This document shows positions 1 through 11,125 of a DNA stretch of 64,000 nt, one piece after another. Under the pieces are notes generated by a model. That model searched no databases. It saw nothing but the letters and a program-made list of their open reading frames with translations, and had not been told where the DNA came from. The position numbers were made by a program, and so were the translations under genes. The stretch lies in the NCBI GenBank assembly GCA_944392205.1, contig CALXVV010000002.1, positions 20,949 through 84,948 of the forward strand, given 5' to 3'. This stretch comes from an uncultured Alphaproteobacteria bacterium. Its GTDB lineage: Bacteria > Pseudomonadota > Alphaproteobacteria > RF32 > CAG-239. Position 1 is the stretch's first letter, and every line of letters begins with the position of its first letter.

Positions 1-1376
1 ATAAACTCATCGGCTGAGGCAGACTTGGCCGCCTTAATAACCTCTTCTCTGGTGGCTGAGGTTTTGCCATAGCGAATATTATCAAACAGACTACGGTTGA
101 ATAAGCAAACATCTTGGGGAATCGTGGCAATGTTTTTGTGCAGAGAATCTTGGGTGACTTTTCTGATATCTATACCGTTTATGTCTATCTCTCCTGAGGT
201 GACATCAAAGTACCTTGAAAGCAATTTAATAAAGGTTGACTTGCCGGCGCCGGAAGATCCCACCAATCCGACTTTTTCTCCGGCCTTAATCTCAACATTT
301 AAGTTATCAAAAATTTGGCGGCTGCTTTTATATGCAAAACCAACATTTTTAAATGAAATTGCGGCTCTTTTAATATTTAATTTTTTTGCGTCCTTGGCAT
401 CGACAATATCCGGAGTTACGGCCAAAGTTTCCAGCGCTGCATTGAGGCGGCCGAAAACTTGCAGAAAATTGTTATACATCCAGGTAATGTTAAACAATGC
501 TCCGCTCATGGTCATAAACAACGTGTTTACAAAGATAAAATCGGTGGCGCTTAAACACTGTTTTGAAAAAAGCCAAATTGTATAAAGCAAAAATGCCAGA
601 AAAGAAAATACTACAGCCGTGTGTTGAACTAATATTACTACAGCTTGCCCAATCTGCTCTTTGGTTTCTGCCTTGCGAAGCATGCGCAGAGCTTTAAGTA
701 AATTCAATCTCTCAAAATGAAAATTAGCAAAGCTTTTTATCTCGCTATAGTTGGCTATCGAATCTACAATCATGCCGTTGGCATAGCTCTGGCGGCTGCC
801 GGAATCTTTGGATAAAACATGGAGTTTTTTGCCAAGCTTTAATCCCAAAAGCGCCATCAAAAAGGCCCACAAAATAAAAACCGGTGTCAGCCACAGACTA
901 ACAGAGCTCAATATAATAAGCCCGATAATTACATAAAAAAATGTCCAGCTACTGTCTATGATGTGGCGGAACAAATCATGCGTGTTGCTCTGCAGCTGTT
1001 GAACCTTGTTGGAAACATTGCCGGCCATTTCCTCGGTGAAAAAGGCTATTGAGTGTTGGTTGACATAGTCAAAAACATCTCTGATGACAACCGTGCGCAA
1101 CAAAGGTGCAACACGTGACACCATGATGAAGCCTACATTTGGAACAACCTGACCGGAAAGCTGCAAAACAAAGGCAAAAAATATTATCAGTAAAATATCT
1201 TGCCAAGGCTGCGGCTTGGTAGAAAAATTAGCTACCGCATCATACAATTGCGCCAAATAATATGGCACAAACTGCCGACATGTTTGGCCAACAACCAACA
1301 AAACCAACATGATAAGAAGCGGCCATTTGAAAATTTTGGCATAGTGCCAGATAAAACGAGCTGCAGTTTTTTCCAT
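1..1376 (-). CDS. ABC transporter, fused permease/ATP-binding protein (MsbA-like exporter). The 3' end runs off the window edge.
   Basis: The reverse complement of 1374-1376 is ATG, giving MEKTAARFIWHYAKIF... with a hydrophobic N-terminus. The minus-strand frame contains a Walker A motif GSSGAGKST (around 240-284) and an ABC signature region. The plus-strand ORF 97..585 in the track is its antisense. No sub-ORFs are listed on the minus strand, which is consistent with one long ORF truncated by the window edge. Confidence 0.75.
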   Translation of the reverse strand, partial: MEKTAARFIWHYAKIFKWPLLIMLVLLVVGQTCRQFVPYYLAQLYDAVANFSTKPQPWQDILLIIFFAFVLQLSGQVVPNVGFIMVSRVAPLLRTVVIRDVFDYVNQHSIAFFTEEMAGNVSNKVQQLQSNTHDLFRHIIDSSWTFFYVIIGLIILSSVSLWLTPVFILWAFLMALLGLKLGKKLHVLSKDSGSRQSYANGMIVDSIANYSEIKSFANFHFERLNLLKALRMLRKAETKEQIGQAVVILVQHTAVVFSFLAFLLYTIWLFSKQCLSATDFIFVNTLFMTMSGALFNITWMYNNFLQVFGRLNAALETLAVTPDIVDAKDAKKLNIKRAAISFKNVGFAYKSSRQIFDNLNVEIKAGEKVGLVGSSGAGKSTFIKLLSRYFDVTSGEIDINGIDIRKVTQDSLHKNIATIPQDVCLFNRSLFDNIRYGKTSATREEVIKAAKSASADEF

Positions 1377-1401
1377 ATCTTTGAAACTCTTTAACACTAA
1401 A

Positions 1402-1430
1402 TTGACACTTTTGGTTTATTGTTATACTAT
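1402..1430 (+). promoter_or_regulatory. Candidate sigma70-type promoter (TTGACA, then TATACT or TACTAT) upstream of the 1458 ORF.
   Basis: ttgaca at 1402-1407. tatact at 1423-1428 gives a 15-nt spacer; the alternative tactat at 1425-1430 gives a 17-nt spacer. Located about 30 bp before the ATG at 1458. Confidence 0.3.
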
Positions 1431-1457
1431 ATCTAAAGTTTTTATGCAACCGTTGGG

Positions 1458-1886
1458 ATGAAATTGATGGAAACACAATATTACACTCTGATTGAAAAAC
1501 AGGATTTTTATGAAATCATCGAAAATAAATATGGAGAATTGGCTATATTTATTGATGCTCGTGATGGTGCTCCCGAAAATCCCGTGTTGGAATTTGACGG
1601 CAAAAGAACTGCCCTTTTAAAACGTGATCCTCACTTGGCTGTTAGGTTAGACAACATCAATGAAGAAACGGTTGAACCTTTGGCTGAATCTGAATTTGTC
1701 ATGATCGTGGAACTCAAAGGCAAAATGGTTGAAAGAGTTTATGGCGTGCCGGTTGATAATGTGGAGGAAGTTGTGTTTGAGGGTAAGGCCACCCGCGCTG
1801 ATGAACTCGTTAAGGCAAAAAGCCGTGAAGAACTTCTCAAAGAATTCGGGGCTGTTAAGGTTTGGACCAGCGGCTCTGCAAAATAA
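1458..1886 (+). CDS. Hypothetical protein (142 aa), acidic, with no recognisable motif.
   Basis: Clean ORF in the divergent intergenic region upstream of the PTS genes. No P-loop is present, so it is not HprK. The function cannot be assigned from sequence. Confidence 0.5.
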   Translation: MKLMETQYYTLIEKQDFYEIIENKYGELAIFIDARDGAPENPVLEFDGKRTALLKRDPHLAVRLDNINEETVEPLAESEFVMIVELKGKMVERVYGVPVDNVEEVVFEGKATRADELVKAKSREELLKEFGAVKVWTSGSAK

Positions 1887-1906
1887 AACTGTTAAGGTGA
1901 TAGGAA

Positions 1907-2305
1907 ATGATTGGTTTGGTACTGGTAACCCATGGCAATTTGGCTAATGAATTTATTTCTGCCATGCAGCATGTGGTTGGAAAACAAGAACAAGTGGCTC
2001 CCGTTTGTATCGGCCCGGAAGATGATATGGAAATGCGCCGCGCCGAAATCTTGAAAAAAGTTGAAGATGTTAATGACGGAAGCGGTGTCGTGGTCTTGAC
2101 CGATATGTTTGGCGGAACACCTTCAAACCTTGCCATCTCCATCATGGACAGAGCAAAAGTTGAGATTATTGCCGGCGTTAATTTGCCGATGCTTATTAAA
2201 CTTGCCTCTTTGCGCAAGGATAAGAGCTTGAAAGAGGCTGTCGAAGGCGCACAAGAAGCAGGCAAAAAATATATTAATGTTGCCTCGCAGCTATTGGGGG
2301 CTTAA
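1907..2305 (+). CDS. manX: PTS EIIA component, mannose/fructose family (ManX-like).
   Basis: N-terminus MIGLVLVTHGNLANEF matches the EIIA-Man consensus G-x-V-L-V-T-H-G, with the phospho-His in the THG motif. About 132 aa. Followed directly by an HPr gene, as in the alphaproteobacterial hprK-EIIAMan-npr module. Confidence 0.8.
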   Translation: MIGLVLVTHGNLANEFISAMQHVVGKQEQVAPVCIGPEDDMEMRRAEILKKVEDVNDGSGVVVLTDMFGGTPSNLAISIMDRAKVEIIAGVNLPMLIKLASLRKDKSLKEAVEGAQEAGKKYINVASQLLGA

Positions 2306-2306
2306 G

Positions 2307-2582
2307 ATGGCACAGTCTTACTCAAAAGATTTGGAAATTAAAAATAAAAAAGGACTGCATGCCCGCGCCGCTGCCGCTTTTGTTAAAACGGTTGAGCCTT
2401 TTGATGCAGAAGTTTCGGTTGAGCGTATCGGGCAAAATGTTAGCGGATCTTCTATCATGGGGCTGATGATGTTGGCAGCCTCTAAAGGCACTTTCATCAA
2501 AGTCACCTGCTCCGGTAACCAAGCTAAAGAGGCTATGGAGGCTATTGAAAAACTCCTTGATAATAAGTTTGGAGAAGAATAA
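2307..2582 (+). CDS. ptsH: Phosphocarrier protein HPr/NPr.
   Basis: MAQSYSKDLEIKNKKGLHARAAAAFV contains the HPr active-site GLHARPA-type motif (His15). About 91 aa. Confidence 0.85.
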   Translation: MAQSYSKDLEIKNKKGLHARAAAAFVKTVEPFDAEVSVERIGQNVSGSSIMGLMMLAASKGTFIKVTCSGNQAKEAMEAIEKLLDNKFGEE

Positions 2583-2583
2583 G

Positions 2584-3519
2584 GTGGCCGCAAAAAAAGC
2601 CAAAGCACCCAGAAACAAAACGATAGAGCTGTCCCGAATCGAGACGGCTTTATATGTTTCTCAGGCTTTGCTGCCTAAGCAGAAACTCTCCCTTGAAGAT
2701 GCTAAAGATCAAATCATATTTGGTGACTGTCTAAAGGCCATGGACCTGCTTCCTGATGCTTGCGTGGATTTGATGATTGTTGACCCGCCTTACAATCTCA
2801 CAAAAAATTTCGGCAAAAACATCTTCAAGCAAATGGATGCAACAGAATATATGAGCTGGCTTGATTCTTGGCTTAAAAAAACCGTGCGCATTCTCAAAGA
2901 TAACGCCTCTGTCTACATCTGCTCTGACTGGAAAACGTCTTTATTTATTCCCGAAGTAGTCGGAAAATATTTTATTTTACAAAACCGCATATCTTGGGAG
3001 CGCGAAAAAGGTCGCAGCGCCGCTAATAACTGGAAAAATTGTCTTGAGGATATTTGGTTTTTTACCAAAAGCAAAAAATATACTTTTAACCTCGATGCTG
3101 TTAAGATTTTGCGGCCGGTGCTGGCTCCCTACCGTGACAAAAAGGGAAACCCTAAAGATTGGAAAGAGCAAGAAGGCCTGCGCCAACGTTTGACCTCTCC
3201 TTCCAATATCTGGACCGATATCTCGGTGCCGTTTTGGTCAATGCCTGAAAACACCTGTCACCCAACCCAAAAACCGGAAAAACTTATTGCTAAACTTATT
3301 TTGGCCTCCAGCAACCAGGGCGATCTGGTGTTTGACCCTTTTGTCGGCTCCGGTACCACCGCTGTCACCGCCAAAAAATTAAACCGCCACTTTATCGGAA
3401 TTGAGCAAGAAAAGGAATATGTCGCACTCTCTCTCAAGCGCCTTGAAATTGCCGAATCCGCGCCGCAAATCCAGGGCTTTGAAAACGGCATTTTTAAACC
3501 TCGCAACAGTGAGTGCTGA
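2584..3519 (+). CDS. ccrM: N6-adenine DNA methyltransferase, CcrM family (GANTC-specific, cell-cycle regulated).
   Basis: Motif IV DPPYNL (MIVDPPYNL) and an IIFGDCLKAM N-terminal block match CcrM of Caulobacter and Brucella. A C-terminal TRD-like region is present. The start is uncertain: GTG 2584 is the first in-frame start after the ptsH stop. The track start at 2545 overlaps ptsH. Confidence 0.75.
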   Translation: MAAKKAKAPRNKTIELSRIETALYVSQALLPKQKLSLEDAKDQIIFGDCLKAMDLLPDACVDLMIVDPPYNLTKNFGKNIFKQMDATEYMSWLDSWLKKTVRILKDNASVYICSDWKTSLFIPEVVGKYFILQNRISWEREKGRSAANNWKNCLEDIWFFTKSKKYTFNLDAVKILRPVLAPYRDKKGNPKDWKEQEGLRQRLTSPSNIWTDISVPFWSMPENTCHPTQKPEKLIAKLILASSNQGDLVFDPFVGSGTTAVTAKKLNRHFIGIEQEKEYVALSLKRLEIAESAPQIQGFENGIFKPRNSEC

Positions 3520-3573
3520 TATCTCTTTTGGATAGGTTCTATTGTTTTTATCTTTTTGATTTTTATTTTGATT

Positions 3574-3607
3574 CCGTGATGATAATCATCACGGTTTTCT
3601 TTTTTTT
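3574..3607 (+). terminator. Rho-independent terminator after ccrM.
   Basis: Stem ccgtgatgat/atcatcacgg with loop aatc, followed by the T-run ttttcttttttt. Confidence 0.7.
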
Positions 3608-3621
3608 AGGAGAATAATACA

Positions 3622-3762
3622 ATGTCTTGTAACAATACAAAAAATAACTCAAATAAAATGTCTGCCTCTGAGAACTCAAAGACAGCCAAATCATCTGAAA
3701 ACGAAAATGCGCAAACTAAAAAAACATCCAAGGGCGGATGCGGTTGCGGCTCTAATCGTTAA
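3622..3762 (+). CDS. Small hypothetical peptide (46 aa), Lys/Asn/Ser-rich, with a GGCGCGSNR C-terminus.
   Basis: ATG 3622 is preceded by the RBS aggaga (3608-3613, 8-nt spacer). Translation: MSCNNTKNNSNKMSASENSKTAKSSENENAQTKKTSKGGCGCGSNR. It is bracketed by the ccrM terminator upstream and a hairpin with T-run at 3802-3845 downstream. It is not in the ORF track because it is shorter than 60 aa. Confidence 0.35.
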   Translation: MSCNNTKNNSNKMSASENSKTAKSSENENAQTKKTSKGGCGCGSNR

Positions 3763-3801
3763 TTATTTTTATTTACTCATTCCTGTTTAAAACTATTAAA
3801 A

Positions 3802-3845
3802 ATACCTCCTGCCGCTTTTGCTGACAGGGGGTATTCTTTCGTATT
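3802..3845 (+). terminator. Hairpin plus T-rich tract downstream of the small ORF.
   Basis: atacctcctg pairs with cagggggtat (one G:U pair), followed by tctttcgtattt. Confidence 0.45.
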
Positions 3846-3908
3846 TACTAATTTGTTTTATTGATTATATAATAGCTCCGATGTGATGATTGTGAGGAAT
3901 CTGAAATA

Positions 3909-4517
3909 ATGAAAAAATGGTTGTTGGCTTTGGTCGGGATTCTTATGGCAACTCAGGCTCGAGCTCAAAGCGCAGAAAACATTAAGAGAATTGAGGCCTA
4001 CCTAAACAATATCAAAAGCTTGGAGGCTACCTTTGTGCAAATGGCCAGCAACGGCGCTACTGCCGAAGGGCGGTTGTTTATTAAAAAACCAAACAAAATT
4101 CGCATGGAATATGCTGACCCGGTTAATGTTTTGATTGTGGGCGATGGCAACTTCATTGTTTATAACGACACCGAGCTTGATCAAGTTACCCATATTGATT
4201 ATGAGGACATTCCGGCCTCTCTTATCTTGGCTAATGACATTAAAATTGATGGCAAAAAAATCAAAGTTGTTGATTTCTACCAGGATTCAGGCTCAACCTC
4301 CATTACTTTAGAATATGCCGACAGCGGCGATCTGGGGCCCATCACCCTGGTATTTTCAAACAGCCCGATGGAGCTTAAACAATGGAAGATTGTTGACCCG
4401 CAAAGTGTTGAGGTGGCCGTTTCTTTGTATGATGCAAAAAAAGATGTGCCTTTGGATGATAAAATATTTAAATTCAAAGAAAAAAAATCTCCCAAAAAAG
4501 GTTATAAAAAGAAATAG
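3909..4517 (+). CDS. lolA: Outer-membrane lipoprotein carrier protein LolA.
   Basis: Signal peptide MKKWLLALVGILMATQARA. About 200 aa periplasmic protein with the LolA-like pattern (LEATF, RLFIKKPNKIRMEY). Confidence 0.75.
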   Translation: MKKWLLALVGILMATQARAQSAENIKRIEAYLNNIKSLEATFVQMASNGATAEGRLFIKKPNKIRMEYADPVNVLIVGDGNFIVYNDTELDQVTHIDYEDIPASLILANDIKIDGKKIKVVDFYQDSGSTSITLEYADSGDLGPITLVFSNSPMELKQWKIVDPQSVEVAVSLYDAKKDVPLDDKIFKFKEKKSPKKGYKKK

Positions 4518-5330
4518 GTGCTCATGAACTCTTTTAAACTTGCGACTTGGAACGTTAACTCTATTCGTATTCGGCTTGACCCGCTGAGGCTTTTTTGCCA
4601 ACTGGTGCATCCTGACATTATCTGTTTGCAGGAAGTTAAGGCTAAAGCTGAAGATTTTCCTTATGATGAAGTAAAAAAGCTCGGCTTTGAACATATTGCT
4701 CTTTATGGACAGCCGGGCTACAACGGCGTGGCTATTCTCTCCCAATTTCCCTTAAAAGAAATTGCTCAACATGACTGGGTCGGCAAGCATGATGCCAGGC
4801 ATATTTCGGCTTGCGTATTTGATGATATTGAAATCAACAACATCTATATACCGGCCGGCGGCGACATTCCTGACCCGATTGAAAACTTGGCCTTTGCGCA
4901 TAAACTTTGTTTTATGGATGATGTGGCCGAATATTATGAGCAGCATAAGGCCTCTCTTTCTCAGCGCAAAATGCTCTTGTGCGGGGATTTTAACGTTGCA
5001 CCGTCAGAAAACGATGTGTGGAACCATAAACAATTGCTTAAGATTGTTTCTCATACTCCGGTGGAGGTAGAACGTTTGACACGCCTATTTAACTCTCTTG
5101 ATTTTGTTGATGCGGTGCGAAAATTTCACCCTGAGCCGCAAAAGATATTTTCTTGGTGGAGCTACCGCAACCCCAACTGGCAGACCAATGACAAAGGACG
5201 GCGGCTTGACCATATCTGGGTTACGCCAAATTTGCAGGACAGAATCTTAAGCACTCTTATTGTCAAAGAAATGCGGCTTTGTGCCCGGCCATCTGACCAT
5301 GTGCCGGTGGTGGCGGAAATCAAGATTTAA
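4518..5330 (+). CDS. xthA: Exodeoxyribonuclease III (AP endonuclease).
   Basis: LATWNVNSIR at the N-terminus (ExoIII family N-terminal motif), internal QEVK and C-terminal SDHVPV motifs. Starts at GTG 4518 or ATG 4524. Confidence 0.85.
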   Translation: MLMNSFKLATWNVNSIRIRLDPLRLFCQLVHPDIICLQEVKAKAEDFPYDEVKKLGFEHIALYGQPGYNGVAILSQFPLKEIAQHDWVGKHDARHISACVFDDIEINNIYIPAGGDIPDPIENLAFAHKLCFMDDVAEYYEQHKASLSQRKMLLCGDFNVAPSENDVWNHKQLLKIVSHTPVEVERLTRLFNSLDFVDAVRKFHPEPQKIFSWWSYRNPNWQTNDKGRRLDHIWVTPNLQDRILSTLIVKEMRLCARPSDHVPVVAEIKI

Positions 5331-5337
5331 TTATGTC

Positions 5338-5970
5338 TTATATCTTTAACTGATAACCACCTTCAACCGTTGTTATCAGTTGCGCCTCTGCGTTGTCATG
5401 CTCAACCTTTTGGCGCAGACGGTAAATGTGTGTTTCTATCGTGTGGGTGGTGACATCGGGTGCATAGCCCCAGACTTCTTGCAACAACTCGTTCTTGCTG
5501 ACTATGCGGTTACGGTTTTTGTAAAGATACTTCAAAATTGCGACTTCTTTCTCGGTTAATTTGACAACCTCACCGTTGCGCTGGTTGAAAATATCTTTTT
5601 TTATCGGGCGCACAATATAGCGATTAAACACAACATAGCCGTTTTCGCTGTTTTCAAAGATATTAATGCAGGAATGGAGCTCATCTAAAAATGCCGACAA
5701 GCTAAACGGCTTGATGATGATGTGGGTGGCCGGACAGTCTGCCCCTATCTCCTCTGCGTGTGAGGTTAGGAAAAACAGAGGCACTTTCAAATCATGCTCG
5801 GAGCAGTTTTTTAAGAGCTCTCCTTTTTCATCAACAACAATAATATCCGGCAGAAGGGAACTATCTTTTTCTATGATGTTATAATCTTTGGCATAGTGGC
5901 TGATTTGGTCTGACAAATCAGCGGCAAAAACATCATCTTCTGATAACAGCAAAATGTTTGGCATTAGCAA
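5338..5970 (-). CDS. OmpR-family response regulator (receiver domain plus winged-helix domain), orphan.
   Basis: C-terminal wHTH LTEKEVAILKYLYKNRNRIVSKNELLQEVWG...THTIETHIYRLRQKV. Receiver features: acidic SEDD, candidate phospho-Asp in IIVVDEKG, T in FFLTSH, K in IKPFS. No histidine kinase gene is nearby. Confidence 0.7.
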   Translation of the reverse strand: MLMPNILLLSEDDVFAADLSDQISHYAKDYNIIEKDSSLLPDIIVVDEKGELLKNCSEHDLKVPLFFLTSHAEEIGADCPATHIIIKPFSLSAFLDELHSCINIFENSENGYVVFNRYIVRPIKKDIFNQRNGEVVKLTEKEVAILKYLYKNRNRIVSKNELLQEVWGYAPDVTTHTIETHIYRLRQKVEHDNAEAQLITTVEGGYQLKI

Positions 5971-5975
5971 ATTCC

Positions 5976-7088
5976 TTAAAAATTAATTCCTAGACCGCTC
6001 ACAAAAGCCCAGCCCTGATTATTATCCGCAAGCGCAGAAGAATCACCTTCAAAATCCACATGCGCGGCGGCCAGATAAACATCTATGTATTTATTCAGCT
6101 GATATTGGTTGGAAAGAATCCATATCTTATCTTTATTTTCCGTGCGAGAAGCTTTTGATTCAAAATAAGACAAGGCTGCCTCAAAGGGACCTATCTCATA
6201 GCCAAGCCCTATGTCCCAGGCCTCACCCTCACGGTAGTTATCAAACAAATAGGAAAGCCTTGAATCTTGAGAATCTTGTTTGTCTTGACCGTCTATATAA
6301 GTTTTACGCCAGCCTCCGCCTAAGCTCCAATTGCCATAACCAAATTTCAGCGAAGCCGAAAATTCGGTATCATTATCATGATAACGGGCAGCGGCAAAGG
6401 AGGCATCCATATTCAAGCTGCCAAGCTCCTGAGTGGTATAAAGCGCGCCAATATAACCGTCTTTTCTGGAATAAGAGGCGTGTTTATTTATCAGCCCTCG
6501 GCGGTTGTAGGCATCCGGCACATAGGTAAGACCTATTGCTGTGCCATAAACTTCCGGTGAAACATAGCTAATCTTGGGGGCAACGCCGTCGGTGTTGATA
6601 TAGGTGCTATTTAAGGTAGCAAAGCGGGTTTCTTTAGAATCTCTCTGCCAGTTTGGGTTAGAGATAAAATCTACGACATCACTGTTATTGCTCAAAGCCC
6701 CTACCGAGGGTGCTCCGTCATGAAACTGGGCGGCAACATTGAATGTTTGGCCCAAAAGAATCCGCCCATAAAGACTATCGGCAATAGCATAGGCCTCTTC
6801 GCCCCAACGGCCTTGATTGTAGTTTTGGAGTTCTCTATCAATCCCCCCCATCAGGTCCAAGTAAAAGCCTAAGTTATATTCTTCATCTTCTGAAGTATAA
6901 ACGGCAGAGGTGTTTATCTCACCAATACCGACGCCGTGGTTGTTTTGGTCTTTTTTTTCAAACCTCTCGGCAACATCCGTATAGCCATAGAGCCCTTTTG
7001 CTTGGCCTGAGACGTCAAACTCCCATTCTCCGGCTTTGGCAGAAAAAGGCAGCAGTCCCAGCAATGCGATTATATATATCTTCTTCAT
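5976..7088 (-). CDS. Outer-membrane beta-barrel protein or porin.
   Basis: Signal peptide MKKIYIIALLGLLPFSAKA. Alternating amphipathic strands rich in G/Y/S. C-terminal ...GLGINF with a terminal Phe, typical of OMP beta-barrels. The stop lies 5 bp from the downstream response-regulator start. Confidence 0.6.
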   Translation of the reverse strand: MKKIYIIALLGLLPFSAKAGEWEFDVSGQAKGLYGYTDVAERFEKKDQNNHGVGIGEINTSAVYTSEDEEYNLGFYLDLMGGIDRELQNYNQGRWGEEAYAIADSLYGRILLGQTFNVAAQFHDGAPSVGALSNNSDVVDFISNPNWQRDSKETRFATLNSTYINTDGVAPKISYVSPEVYGTAIGLTYVPDAYNRRGLINKHASYSRKDGYIGALYTTQELGSLNMDASFAAARYHDNDTEFSASLKFGYGNWSLGGGWRKTYIDGQDKQDSQDSRLSYLFDNYREGEAWDIGLGYEIGPFEAALSYFESKASRTENKDKIWILSNQYQLNKYIDVYLAAAHVDFEGDSSALADNNQGWAFVSGLGINF

Positions 7089-7210
7089 TGTTTCTCCGGC
7101 ATTTGCGATGCTTTAGTTTAGCCCCAGGAATCCCCGCCGTCAACAGATTATATTTGCATTCTTTTGTCCTTTATTTATAATATTTTTCATGCAAAAAGGA
7201 GGGCAAAAAA

Positions 7211-7741
7211 ATGTTTCAAACCGGACTGGCAATCATGCGAGCGCAGCCGCCGCATATCGGGCATATCAAGCTCATTAAACGGATGCTTAGAGAATGTAAA
7301 AATGCTGTCATCATCTTGGGCTCTGTTCAGGAGCAGGGAACCGAGCGCAACCCTTATAGCTATATTCAAAGAAAGGAAATGCTGCAAAAAATCTTTGCCG
7401 GCAAACCCGAGGCCAAAAGATTAAAAATTCTTGGCATGTTTGACATCAACAACCCTACCCAATGGGGTGCTTTTGTCATGGATTTTTTGAAAGAAGCCTG
7501 CCCGGGTGAGCCTCTGCCTGAGGTTTACTATGCCGGCAGCGAATATGATGCCCAGTGGTTTAGAGATATCTTTACCAATATTCAGATTGAAAACCGTGTG
7601 GATTATGATTTTCCTTACGTCTCTGGCTCCATGGTGCGCGATATGATTAAAATCGGGGATAAACGCTGGCACGATTTTGTACCGGAAGAAATTCACAAAA
7701 TGATTGAAGAACTAATCCCTTCCAAAAAAGGAGTTTGCTGA
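7211..7741 (+). CDS. nadM: Nicotinamide-nucleotide adenylyltransferase, NadM (archaeal-type) family.
   Basis: The sequence RAQPPHIGHIKLIKRM matches the (H/T)xGH nucleotidyltransferase motif and NadM N-terminus RFQPxHxGH. About 176 aa. Its stop overlaps the nadE ATG (TGATG). Confidence 0.7.
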   Translation: MFQTGLAIMRAQPPHIGHIKLIKRMLRECKNAVIILGSVQEQGTERNPYSYIQRKEMLQKIFAGKPEAKRLKILGMFDINNPTQWGAFVMDFLKEACPGEPLPEVYYAGSEYDAQWFRDIFTNIQIENRVDYDFPYVSGSMVRDMIKIGDKRWHDFVPEEIHKMIEELIPSKKGVC

Positions 7742-8520
7742 TGAAAGAAATTTGGAACAGCCTAACCGATGGCTTAAAAGATTTTTGTGCCCGAAATGGT
7801 TTTTCAAAAGTATGTCTGGGCCTCTCGGGTGGTTTGGATTCAGCCATTTGTGCTACGTTGGCGGCTGATGCCTTGGGCGGGGAAAATGTTCAGGCTTTGA
7901 TGATGAAAACTAAACATACCTCTGATTTGAGCCTCAAAATCGCCCACAAGATTGCAAAAAGAAACAATCTCGCATTCAAAGAACTTGATATTAATTCGCT
8001 GATTGATGAAGAAACCTTGTTTTTAACTCAAGCTTTTGGCCAAGCCCCAAAGCAAATCGTGCTTGAAAATTTGCAGGCACGCGCCAGAGGAAAAATCTTG
8101 ATGGCTTTTTCAAACCAATTTAACTACTTGGTTTTAGCCTGTGGGAATAAGTCTGAAATCGCCATGGGTTATTGCACGCTTTATGGTGACACTTGCGGCG
8201 GTTTGGCGCCAATCGGCAATCTTTATAAATCAGAAATTTTTGAGCTGGCGCGGTGGCGCAACACGCTCTCTCCCGCTTTGCCGGAAGAAGTTATTTCTCG
8301 CGCGCCCAGTGCCGAGCTGGCAGATGGCCAAAAAGATGAGGATACCTTGCCGCCTTATGCCCTCTTGGACAAGGTTTTGCATCTGTATCTGGATGAGGGC
8401 AAATCAGAAGAAGAAATTTGCGCCGCCGGATTTGAACAAAAAACCGTTGGTTGGATTATTAAGCGCTATCAATCTCAAGCCTTTAAGCGCCTCCAGCTGC
8501 CTCCTCTTCTCAAATACTAA
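7741..8520 (+). CDS. nadE: NH3-dependent NAD+ synthetase.
   Basis: LGLSGGLDSA PP-loop motif. About 259 aa. RBS aaaaaaggag upstream. The ATG at 7741 overlaps the nadM stop. Confidence 0.85.
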   Translation: MKEIWNSLTDGLKDFCARNGFSKVCLGLSGGLDSAICATLAADALGGENVQALMMKTKHTSDLSLKIAHKIAKRNNLAFKELDINSLIDEETLFLTQAFGQAPKQIVLENLQARARGKILMAFSNQFNYLVLACGNKSEIAMGYCTLYGDTCGGLAPIGNLYKSEIFELARWRNTLSPALPEEVISRAPSAELADGQKDEDTLPPYALLDKVLHLYLDEGKSEEEICAAGFEQKTVGWIIKRYQSQAFKRLQLPPLLKY

Positions 8521-8523
8521 CAA

Positions 8524-8558
8524 AACCCCCGCTGGATTTTTTCCTGCGGGGGTTTTTA
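8524..8558. terminator. Bidirectional rho-independent terminator between nadE (+) and gyrB (-).
   Basis: aaacccccgc ... gcgggggttttt, a GC-rich stem flanked by A and T runs on either side. Confidence 0.7.
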
Positions 8559-8570
8559 GTTTCTCTGGTT

Positions 8571-11018
<2,448 letters not shown>

Positions 11019-11125
11019 TTATTTTTCCTTACATTTTCAACGATTTTTCTATGAGAAAATATAGAACATTTTCTCAAAATTACCAAGCAAAAAAGTGCTT
11101 GTTACCCCCATTTTTGTGCATAAAA

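Noticed and set aside
97-585. Plus-strand 162-aa ORF at the window start.
   Set aside because: It is antisense to the Walker A and signature region of the minus-strand ABC transporter. Its translation contains PAPEDPTNPT, which is the mirror of GSSGAGKST. It is a spurious shadow ORF.
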